Shown piece by piece: positions 26,447 through 33,965 of a stretch of DNA of 33,965 nt (its first letter is position 1; each line of letters begins with the position of its first letter). The stretch is from the NCBI GenBank assembly GCA_905233335.1, contig CAJOED010000020.1, positions 1 through 33,965 on the forward strand. The letters are read 5' to 3'. Source of the DNA: an uncultured Synergistales bacterium (lineage in GTDB: Bacteria > Synergistota > Synergistia > Synergistales > Aminobacteriaceae). The position numbers and the translations under genes are program-made. A model generated the notes under the pieces. That model was not told the DNA's origin and did no database searches. It saw nothing but the letters and a program-made list of their open reading frames with translations.

Positions 26447-26680
26447 CGTAGTAACAGCTTCGAGCATTATGGCAAGCAGGGAAGTAAAAACATGTTCACG
26501 GTGCACCGCAATATAACGACAGAGCTTTGTAGCATAATGACAGCTTCATGTACTACAGCAGGACGGGACGTAAAAGCAAATTCACCTGGCTTTGCCGTAA
26601 AATGTCGGCTCGTGTAATAATAGCTCACAACCTCGAACATAAAAGCATGTTCACAGTACAGCGTAAAAAATAACAGGAGG
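26447..26680 (+). repeat. three degenerate tandem units (~86 nt period) filling the minC-minD spacer
   Basis: ACAGCTTC, GTAAAA and TTCAC recur at an exact 86-nt offset (26454/26540, 26484/26570, 26495/26581). Ungapped hand alignment of 26454-26530 vs 26540-26616 gives 46/77 matches. The third partial unit shares CATGTTCAC (26491 and 26646). Confidence 0.6.
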
Positions 26681-26693
26681 TATTTTATCGTAA

Positions 26694-27506
26694 ATGGCAG
26701 CACGTGTAATAGTAACAACTTCAGGGAAAGGCGGAGTCGGCAAAACCACCTCAACCGCAAATATCGCCGCTGCTCTGGCCAAGTTCGGGAAAAAGGTCGT
26801 AGCAGTTGATGCAGATGTCGGTCTCCGTAATCTTGATGTGATTATGGGACTCGAAAACAGAGTAGTGTATAACTTCATTGACGTAATCGAAAAAACCTGC
26901 AAGATGTCCGCCGCCCTCGTGAAAGATAAGAGAGTGCCGGGTCTCTATCTTCTCCCTGCCGCACAGACCCGCACAAAAGATGCCGTCAACCCCGAACAGA
27001 TGATAGCACTTTGCGAGGAACTCAAGCCCGATTTCGACTTTGTGCTTCTTGACTGCCCTGCTGGTATTGAGGGAGGTTTCAAGAACGCCGCCGCCGGAGC
27101 TGATGAAGCACTCGTAGTTACCACTCCCGAAATCCCCGCCGTAAGGGACGCTGACCGTATAATCGGAATGCTTGAGAGTATGGGCAAATCTCCCATAAGG
27201 CTCATCATTAACAGACTGCGGCCTAACATGGTGCAGGACGGAGATATGCTCGCGAAAGATGACATTCTCGATGTGCTGTCGATAGATCTTATCGGCGTTG
27301 TACCTGAAGACGAGAGCGTCATACGTTCCACGAACAACGGCGAACCGATGACGATGACACTTGACTCACCAGCCGCGCACGCATACTTGAACATTGCGGA
27401 GAGATTACTGGGTCATGATGTGCCGTTAATGGATCTTGAGAGTTACGCGACACGGGGAATAGTGAGCAGGATCAAAAAGTTTTTCTCCGGCAAAAAGAAG
27501 AGGTAA
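26694..27506 (+). CDS. minD: septum site-determining ATPase MinD
   Basis: 270 aa with deviant Walker A SGKGGVGKTT, an LLDCPAG switch region and a C-terminal amphipathic tail. AGGAGG RBS. Confidence 0.93.
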   Translation: MAARVIVTTSGKGGVGKTTSTANIAAALAKFGKKVVAVDADVGLRNLDVIMGLENRVVYNFIDVIEKTCKMSAALVKDKRVPGLYLLPAAQTRTKDAVNPEQMIALCEELKPDFDFVLLDCPAGIEGGFKNAAAGADEALVVTTPEIPAVRDADRIIGMLESMGKSPIRLIINRLRPNMVQDGDMLAKDDILDVLSIDLIGVVPEDESVIRSTNNGEPMTMTLDSPAAHAYLNIAERLLGHDVPLMDLESYATRGIVSRIKKFFSGKKKR

Positions 27507-27524
27507 TAGGAGGAAGGGTGAATA

Positions 27525-27800
27525 ATGGATTTCCTGAAAAAATTTTTCGGTGGAGGTAAAGAAACTTCCGGCCAGGTAGCAAAGGACAGATTACGAATAG
27601 TGCTTATACATGACAGGACAGACATATCACCTCAACTTCTCGACAGCCTCCGGGACGAGATAGTGGAAGTTCTCACAAAGTACATGGACATAGACACGAA
27701 CAAAATAGAAATTGACCTTGACCGCGACGAAAAAGCCGTAGCACTCGTAGCAAATATTCCTGTATTGCGTATAAAGCGCGGCAGTATTGAGATGCAGTAA
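27525..27800 (+). CDS. minE: cell division topological specificity factor MinE
   Basis: 91 aa. The N-terminal FFGG..S...AKDRLRIVLIHDR motif is typical of MinE. Follows minD. Confidence 0.9.
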   Translation: MDFLKKFFGGGKETSGQVAKDRLRIVLIHDRTDISPQLLDSLRDEIVEVLTKYMDIDTNKIEIDLDRDEKAVALVANIPVLRIKRGSIEMQ

Positions 27801-27806
27801 CAATAC

Positions 27807-28931
27807 ATGTGGGACTCACTGAAAGAAGACCTTGCGTCAACTGACCGCATAATGCTCGGCTGTGCGTTGATGTTATCACTGTGGGGCGTGTTCTGCATAT
27901 ACAGTGCGGCGGCAGGAGCTTCAGGACGGGGCTTTGACCTCGCTGTGAAACAGTCGGCGTGGCTCATGGTAAGCATCGGTGCTATGCTTGTCGTTATGGT
28001 CGTCGGTCATCATAAGCTGCTTGAAGGTGCGTATCCCCTTTTCGGTCTGACTCTGTTATTGCTGCTTCTCACGGATCTTCTTGCTCCAAAAGTCAACGGT
28101 GCGCAGTCATGGCTTGGTTTCGGTGGTGTGAGATTTCAGCCGTCAGAGTTCGCGAAAGTTACGATTATCCTCATGATGTCAAAATTCTTGAGCCGTTACC
28201 CTCCGTATGACCTGAAGACATTTGCGGCGGGCTTGGGCGTAATCTCTCTGCCTGTTCTGTTGGTGCTCATTCAGCCGGACGCAGGGAGCGCGCTCGTGTA
28301 CCTCGTGATTTCGTTCGGGATGCTAGTTTCAGCAGGTACACCGTTCAAGTATCTTGGGACGCTCGTCGGGCTTGGCCTTGCTGGTATTCCCATAATTATT
28401 ATGTTTTTCCTGAAAGAGTACCAGAAGAACAGAATACTGGTATTCATTGACCCGATGAGAGATCCGTTGGGGGCGGGCTACAACGTCATACAGTCGCGGA
28501 TTGCTGTCGGGTCCGGCGGGCTGTCGGGAAAAGGTTTCATGGCGGGCACACAAAGCAAGCTGAAATTCCTTCCTGAACCGCACACTGACTTCATATTCAG
28601 CGTCTTTTCTGAAGAGTTCGGCTTCATCGGCAACCTGTTATTGATATTCCTGTTCTCCGTACTGTTATTCAGAATAATATTGACGGGAGTACACAGCCGC
28701 GACAGAAGGTGCAAAATTCTCGTGTCAGGTGTAGCTTCATGGCTATGGTTTCAGATGTTCGAGAGTATGGGCATGAGCATAGGACTAACACCTGTTACGG
28801 GACTGCCTCTTCCGTTCTTGAGCTACGGAGGGAGTTCACTGCTTGCGACGTTCATAGCACTTGGCCTTGTTGCGAGCGTATATATTGAGGGAGTGAGTAC
28901 AAAGCGTGTTTTTTATATTAATCCGCAATGA
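27807..28931 (+). CDS. rodA: SEDS-family peptidoglycan glycosyltransferase RodA
   Basis: 374-aa polytopic protein with the FtsW/RodA/SpoVE motif LPEPHTDFIFS. Its context in the mre/mrdA/min cluster argues for RodA rather than FtsW. Confidence 0.85.
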   Translation: MWDSLKEDLASTDRIMLGCALMLSLWGVFCIYSAAAGASGRGFDLAVKQSAWLMVSIGAMLVVMVVGHHKLLEGAYPLFGLTLLLLLLTDLLAPKVNGAQSWLGFGGVRFQPSEFAKVTIILMMSKFLSRYPPYDLKTFAAGLGVISLPVLLVLIQPDAGSALVYLVISFGMLVSAGTPFKYLGTLVGLGLAGIPIIIMFFLKEYQKNRILVFIDPMRDPLGAGYNVIQSRIAVGSGGLSGKGFMAGTQSKLKFLPEPHTDFIFSVFSEEFGFIGNLLLIFLFSVLLFRIILTGVHSRDRRCKILVSGVASWLWFQMFESMGMSIGLTPVTGLPLPFLSYGGSSLLATFIALGLVASVYIEGVSTKRVFYINPQ

Positions 28932-29538
28932 AGAGAGAAATGATTACCGTACTGTAGAAAATCTCGTGCGCGAATCATTCTGGAATGTTTACCGTCCGGG
29001 CTGTATGGAACACTACGTCCTTCACTGCATGAGGAATGACCCGGCATTTGTCCCGGAACTTGATTTCGTCATGGAGAAAGACGGCGTAATCATCGGACAG
29101 AATGTTTTTGTGCGTGCTAACATCAACGCTGACGACGGGCGAAAAATTCCCATAATGGCGATGGGGCCTATATGCATTGCGCAGGAATATAAGCGTATGG
29201 GTTTCGGGAAAAAATTACTCGACTACTCTATCATGAGAGCGGCGGAGTATGGGTGCAGTGCGTTGTGCTTTGAGGGCAATATAGATTTCTACGGTAAGAG
29301 CGGCTTCACTTACGCAAAAAATTTCGGGATACGCTATCATGACTTGCCGAAAGGAGCAGACTCGTCATTCTTTCTGTGCAGGGAGCTAACCGCCGGTTAT
29401 CTTGACGGCATAACAGGAGAGTACACACCGCCGGAATGTTATTTTGTAGCAGATAAGAATCCGGGAGAGTTTGAAGCATTCGATAAGACATTTCCCGAAA
29501 AAGAGAAAAAAATTCTGCCCGGTCAATTATTCTCATGA
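28906..29538 (+). CDS. GNAT-family N-acetyltransferase
   Basis: 210 aa with acetyl-CoA motif A QEYKRMGFGKKLL. GTG start overlaps the rodA 3' end by 26 nt, and the start is uncertain. Substrate unknown. Confidence 0.7.
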   Translation: MFFILIRNEERNDYRTVENLVRESFWNVYRPGCMEHYVLHCMRNDPAFVPELDFVMEKDGVIIGQNVFVRANINADDGRKIPIMAMGPICIAQEYKRMGFGKKLLDYSIMRAAEYGCSALCFEGNIDFYGKSGFTYAKNFGIRYHDLPKGADSSFFLCRELTAGYLDGITGEYTPPECYFVADKNPGEFEAFDKTFPEKEKKILPGQLFS

Positions 29539-31275
29539 TGACAGACTTTGAAGAGTTCAGCAATCCTGAACGGAAATTATTATCGCAGGTTTCTCGTCCT
29601 TCCCGTTACTGCGGAAGTGAGTGGCGGCCTTTCCCGAAAACTTCATGGGAGAAATCGACGCTGAAAATATGAGACGGGAATGAGTTATTACGGTTTCCAG
29701 ATAATAGAGGGCTTCATTAACGCGATGGGAAAAAATTATCTCGTTGACCGCGCTTATTGTGTATGGCCGGACATGGAAGCATTGATGCGTTCTCACAATT
29801 TCACTCTGGCCTCGACAGAACAGAAACGACCCGTGAAAGATTTTGACGTTATCGCGTTCACCCTGCCGCACGAAACTAGCTACACGAACATACTCACGAT
29901 GATAGACCTTGCAGGACTGCCCGTGAAGAGTTCGCAGAGAGACAGCAGTTCTCCCGTAATTATCGCGGGTGGTTACGGAGCATACACGCCGGAAGTTTTG
30001 AGTGAGTTCATTGATGTGTTCTGTGTCGGTGAAGCTGAAGCGTTGCTGCCGTCATTACTGCCCGTTCTCGATGAGTGCCGAAACAGGGACGACGCATTGA
30101 GTGAGTGCGCGAAAATACCGGGCTGTTACGTGCCTTTATGCTTCCACGAGGGCGATACAGTTACCCGTCAGATTAGCGGGAAACTTTTTGCGCTGGACTC
30201 CATGATTGTGCCTAGCGTGAACATCGTACATGACCGTGCCGCTGTGGAGTTATTCCGTGGCTGCGGAAGGGGCTGCCGATTCTGTCAGGCGGGAATGGTA
30301 AACCGTCCTGTGCGTGAACGTCCATTGAGTGAGGCGAAAAACTCCATCATGAACATCATGAACTCAACGGGCTGGGAGGAAGCCGGATTACTTTCTCTTG
30401 CGTCGTGCGATTATTCCGGGATTGTTGAGCTGATTGATGAGCTTTCTCCTGCACTCAACAACAAGCACGCAAAATTGAGCCTTCCGAGCTTGCGGATGGA
30501 CGGTTTCTCTATAGGGCTTGCGGAAAAGCTAGAGGGTTTGCGCTCGAAACACGGAGGAATAACTTTTGCACCCGAAGCCGGAACTCAAAGACTGCGCGAC
30601 GTAATCAACAAGGGCATAAATGAAGAGATGATACTTACCTGCTTACGAGAAATATTTTCGCGTGGATGGGAGAGAGTGAAGCTGTACTTCATGATGGGAC
30701 TTCCGACGGAAACAGACGACGACATCGACGCAATCGCTGAGCTTTCTTACCGTGCGTTGAAGCTGGGACGTGCAATGGGCAGAAAGAGAGCAAGTGTGAG
30801 TGTCAGCGTGTCAGGTTTTGTGCCGAAATCACACACACCGTTTCAGTGGGAACGCCAGAACTCCATCACCGAACTTCAAGAGAAGGGACGACGGGTGAAA
30901 TCGCTGGTACATGACCGGGCACTGTCGATAAGCTATCATGAGCCGGAGCAGACATTTCTTGAGGGCGTATTGTCGCGCGGGGACAAGCGAACTTGCGGCG
31001 TAATATTGCGGGCATGGGAGACGGGAGCACGTTTCGACAACTGGACGGAACATTTTGACCTTACGCGGTGGCTTGAAGCGTTCGAGTATTGCGGGCTTGA
31101 CCCTGAAGAGTTTACGCGCGAACGTGGCGAGGCGGAGAGTCTTGCGTGGGATTTCGTGAATGTCGGAGTGAGTAAGGAGTTCTTGTTGCGTGAACGTCAT
31201 AGGGCATATTCAGGAGTTCTCACGACGGATTGCAGGACGGGTTGTGCGGCGTGCGGAGTGGGGTGCGTAAAATGA
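29535..31275 (+). pseudogene. TIGR03960-type radical SAM protein, N-terminal 45 codons separated from the body by a frame break
   Basis: A short ORF (29535-29672, MMTDFEEFSNPERKLLSQVSRPSRYCGSEWRPFPKTSWEKSTLKI*) matches the family N-terminus (..P.RY.G.E..). The main ORF (29680-31275) starts at ..YETGMSYYGFQ and carries CGRGCRFC (CxxxCxxC). Confidence 0.75.
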
Positions 31276-31856
31276 GAGTGAGATTGATATACTCAAAACG
31301 CGGCGGAGCATGTTTCGTTCCTCATATCGCGCTGGCTCAAGTGTTCTCACGTTCGGCTACACGTGCAGGCTTGACGCTCACGATGACTCAGGGCTTCTCA
31401 CCGCGCGCAAAAATCACATTCGGTCCCGAACTCCCCGCCGGAGTCGTAGCACTCGCTGAACCTGTCGACATGTTCATGACCGACGCACCCGAAAACATCA
31501 CCGAACGCATGAACTCATCACTCCCGGAAGGCTTCACAGTGTCCCGCGTTATGTTCCCACCTGACGACGCGCCCAATCTCGGAAAGTCCTGCAAGGCCGC
31601 CGAATACTTCATACGCACAGCACAAAACATTCACGAACACGCGCAAACTTTTTACGGTGATTATGTCGTGAAGTCAGAATATGCTGGTGAATGGATGAGG
31701 CTGATACTTTCTGACCCCGCGCAAAATCCTATAGGCGGACTCGTGAAGTACCTAGTGCGCGAAAATATTATTGCGGGCTGGCATGAGGTGAATATCGTGC
31801 GCGCTGCAATAGGCTCATATGACAGTGAAAAGGATATAGTATATTTGAATGAATGA
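31272..31856 (+). CDS. TIGR03936/DUF2344 radical-SAM-linked protein
   Basis: 194 aa from ATG 31272 (ATGA overlap with the rSAM stop). MRVRLIYSKRGGACFVPHIALAQVFSRSATRAGL resembles the family N-terminus. This is the usual partner or fusion domain of TIGR03960 proteins. Confidence 0.7.
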   Translation: MRVRLIYSKRGGACFVPHIALAQVFSRSATRAGLTLTMTQGFSPRAKITFGPELPAGVVALAEPVDMFMTDAPENITERMNSSLPEGFTVSRVMFPPDDAPNLGKSCKAAEYFIRTAQNIHEHAQTFYGDYVVKSEYAGEWMRLILSDPAQNPIGGLVKYLVRENIIAGWHEVNIVRAAIGSYDSEKDIVYLNE

Positions 31857-33414
31857 CGTAAAAATTATTGCTGACCTCCGCGAAAACGAACAGTCCCGCG
31901 TTGCATTGATTGAGGACGGAAAACTCACCGAAATATTCATAGAGTACAATTTTGCTGACGACGAGAACGACAGCGGATTTCTCTCATCACGCACAAAGAG
32001 TTCACGACTTTCACGGCAGGGAGATATATTCAAAGCAAGGGTTGATACTCTCGTCCCGGCGATAAGTGCCGCGTTCCTGGCATTGACCTCAAAGAAGCAG
32101 AAAAATTTTCGTGAACCACGAAACGCCTTCATGTACATCAATGAAGCCCCCGACGTATCACTCATAAAGCCCGGTCATGAACTTATTGTGCAGGTCGTCA
32201 AGAATGCCCGCAAGAACAAAGCCCCGCGAGTAAGTCCGAGAATTTCTGTGCCGGGACGGTGGCTGGTACTTGTGCCGGAAAATGACGAGATCGGAGTCTC
32301 ACGCAGAATTTTCGACAATTCCGAACGCAAACGCCTCAAGAAGATAGCAGAAGAACTCAAAGCGCAAGTTCCCGGTTTCGGGTTAATCATCAGGACGGCG
32401 GCAGAAGGGATTAACGCGGAATTTTTGCGGCAGGACATGAACTCACTGCTTGAACTGTGGCACGACATAGAAGCAAAAGCAAAGAATACTCCCGCACCGT
32501 GTCTGCTCTATCGTGATACGGGGACTCTTGGCCGAGTGTTACGTGATGAGGTAGCCGGGAAAATTGACGAGATAATCATTGATGACCCCGACGAGTTCGA
32601 GCGCGCAAAAAGTTTTGTCGAGAGATTTTACCCGGAGAAGCCCAGCGTGAGTTTGTACGAGGGAGTTACTCCCATATTCGAGTATTTCGGCATTGAGGAG
32701 GAAATTCGCCGGGCACTTGAGCGCAAAGTTTGGCTGAAAAGCGGCGCATACCTCGTAATCGACCAGACAGAAGCACTTACGGTTATTGACGTGAACACCG
32801 GAAAATTCACGAGTGCTCCCGACATGAGGCATACTGTACTCGCTACTAACATGGAGGCGGCAGAAGAAATTGCGAGGCAGTTACGATTGCGTTCGGTAGG
32901 CGGGATTGTTGTAGTTGATTTTATCGATATGGACTTTGAGGAGGACAGGCATGAATTGCTTAAACACTTTGACAGCTTCTTATGCCACGACAGACTCAAA
33001 GCAAGAGTATTCAGCATAACACAGCTCGGACTCGTCGAACTCACGCGCAAGAGAGAACGTCCCGACCTGCGGAGCGTATTGACCCGGAATTGTCCCGTGT
33101 GCGGCGATAACGGCTTCGTCGAACGTGAAGAGAACATCGCAATGAACATCAAACGCTTTATACGGAAGATAACGGGCGCGAACAATTCAGAAGCATTTGT
33201 GATTCAGATGAGCTCACACACAGCAGGATACATCAATAATTATTTGTCGGACTGGGAAGAAGAGTTCGGGCGGAAAATAATTATCGTGTCGATGCCGAAT
33301 TTCGAGTGGGCAAAGTTCAGGCTTGAGTATCAGGGCGACCTCAAGAATGCAGAAACCCGCGCCAAGACCCTGAAGGCACAAGGACGCGGCCAAGTAGTAA
33401 TATACAGGGCGTAA
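31849..33414 (+). CDS. rng: ribonuclease G/E family endoribonuclease
   Basis: 521 aa with an S1-like N-terminal region (GDIFKARVDTLVPAISAAFLAL), catalytic-core LTVIDVNTGKF and a zinc-link-like CPVCGDNG. Overlaps the upstream gene by 8 nt. Confidence 0.88.
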   Translation: MNDVKIIADLRENEQSRVALIEDGKLTEIFIEYNFADDENDSGFLSSRTKSSRLSRQGDIFKARVDTLVPAISAAFLALTSKKQKNFREPRNAFMYINEAPDVSLIKPGHELIVQVVKNARKNKAPRVSPRISVPGRWLVLVPENDEIGVSRRIFDNSERKRLKKIAEELKAQVPGFGLIIRTAAEGINAEFLRQDMNSLLELWHDIEAKAKNTPAPCLLYRDTGTLGRVLRDEVAGKIDEIIIDDPDEFERAKSFVERFYPEKPSVSLYEGVTPIFEYFGIEEEIRRALERKVWLKSGAYLVIDQTEALTVIDVNTGKFTSAPDMRHTVLATNMEAAEEIARQLRLRSVGGIVVVDFIDMDFEEDRHELLKHFDSFLCHDRLKARVFSITQLGLVELTRKRERPDLRSVLTRNCPVCGDNGFVEREENIAMNIKRFIRKITGANNSEAFVIQMSSHTAGYINNYLSDWEEEFGRKIIIVSMPNFEWAKFRLEYQGDLKNAETRAKTLKAQGRGQVVIYRA

Positions 33415-33416
33415 AG

Positions 33417-33965
33417 TCAGCGTGTGATTGTGAGTTCGTTGTTCACAGGGAAGTAGTAATTTTTGCCGTCGTGAGCAGAAACTTTCACCGCAACGCTATA
33501 CGTCCCCGCCGGAATATTTGCGCAGTACAGCTCCGAGTCCCCGAACGAATATTTTTCGCTGTCTTCCCGCAAGTTGTCGCTACGTTTTATCGTGAAGCTG
33601 TGAACACCCTCCCATTTTCCCAAAACAGCCTCATACGCTGCGTCATTATTGTAGATGATTACGAACGTCCGCGCGTGTGTTCTGTCCTTCTGCGAGAAAT
33701 TATCTATCTTCCACCAGCCTGAAGCACCCATGAATTTCCCGTCAGTATTCACCCAAGCACTTGCGGAGAATGAAGTGTCCTCGCTCTGCTGAATATCTTT
33801 TGCGTCGAAATCTACCTTCCTGAAATCATCGAACGCAATAACATCAGGAGCATTGCGCAGAAACTTCACGCCGTGCGCTTTGAGTTCCGGGAGCATTAAC
33901 GCTTCTTTTCTACCGGCTATGTACTTTCTGAAAGTCATATCGTCATACACTCCGGCTTTGAGCTG
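33417..33965 (-). CDS. hypothetical protein, C-terminal part (frame open to the right edge)
   Basis: The minus-strand frame is open from 33965 to the stop at 33417 (track ORF from Met at 33950). The C-terminal region looks beta-rich (..GTYSVAVKVSAHDGKNYYFPVNNELTITR). No family recognised. Confidence 0.45.
   Translation of the reverse strand, partial: QLKAGVYDDMTFRKYIAGRKEALMLPELKAHGVKFLRNAPDVIAFDDFRKVDFDAKDIQQSEDTSFSASAWVNTDGKFMGASGWWKIDNFSQKDRTHARTFVIIYNNDAAYEAVLGKWEGVHSFTIKRSDNLREDSEKYSFGDSELYCANIPAGTYSVAVKVSAHDGKNYYFPVNNELTITR

Noticed and set aside
26467-26760. 97-aa minus-strand ORF spanning the minC-minD spacer and the minD start
   Set aside because: It is antisense to the minD RBS and Walker A region, has no RBS, and has leucine-rich antisense-type composition.
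26945-27394. 149-aa minus-strand ORF inside minD, with similar shadows in mreB, rng and rodA (21844-22530, 32628-33185, 28329-28714)
   Set aside because: These are antisense shadows of highly conserved genes.
1-33965. Search by eye for CRISPR arrays, tRNA/rRNA, IS elements, integrases, toxin-antitoxin pairs and defence-island hallmarks
   Set aside because: None were found. Intergenic spaces are at most 260 nt, all long ORFs have housekeeping assignments or are antisense shadows, and there are no regularly spaced identical repeats.

Overview
Densely coding bacterial chromosomal segment, almost entirely housekeeping, with short or overlapping gene junctions on both strands. Gene order:
- (-) partial ORF and a nucleotide-sugar epimerase
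- (+) rpmB-pepA
- (+) tarI-like / ldh / tarI-like / disrupted SDR
- (-) nine-gene Mrp/Mbh-type cation:proton antiporter operon: E-F-G-MbhD-like-[exported Zn-finger ORF]-B-C-D-D
- (+) stand-alone ACT protein
- (-) small hypothetical and a split guaB
- (+) tadA, split recJ, rel, dtd, MBL hydrolase
- (+) morphogenesis/division cluster mreB-mreC-mreD-mrdA-minC-minD-minE-rodA
- (+) GNAT, split TIGR03960 radical-SAM gene, its TIGR03936 partner, rng
- (-) partial hypothetical

I saw no rRNA/tRNA, CRISPR array, transposase/integrase, prophage or recognisable defence genes. I cannot point to a convincing new multi-gene system. The observations most worth follow-up:
1. A signal-peptide-bearing DnaJ-type 4x CxxCxGxG zinc-finger mini-protein sits inside the mrp operon.
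2. Four (possibly five) conserved genes are each broken by the same kind of short, microhomology-flanked, +1-frame lesion. One includes a perfect 75-bp direct repeat inside the SDR gene. This is either real decay/repair scars or an amplification/assembly artefact.
3. A tarI-like gene is bracketed by perfect 22-bp direct repeats that each carry an extended -10 promoter.
4. The minC-minD spacer is unusually long and built from three degenerate ~86-nt tandem units.

Product calls rest on motifs and remembered family features, not database searches. Lineage cannot be assigned without a search. The synteny (recJ-rel-dtd, mreBCD-mrdA-minCDE-rodA, rSAM-TIGR03936-rng) is of the kind seen in Firmicutes/Synergistota/Thermotogota-like anaerobes.
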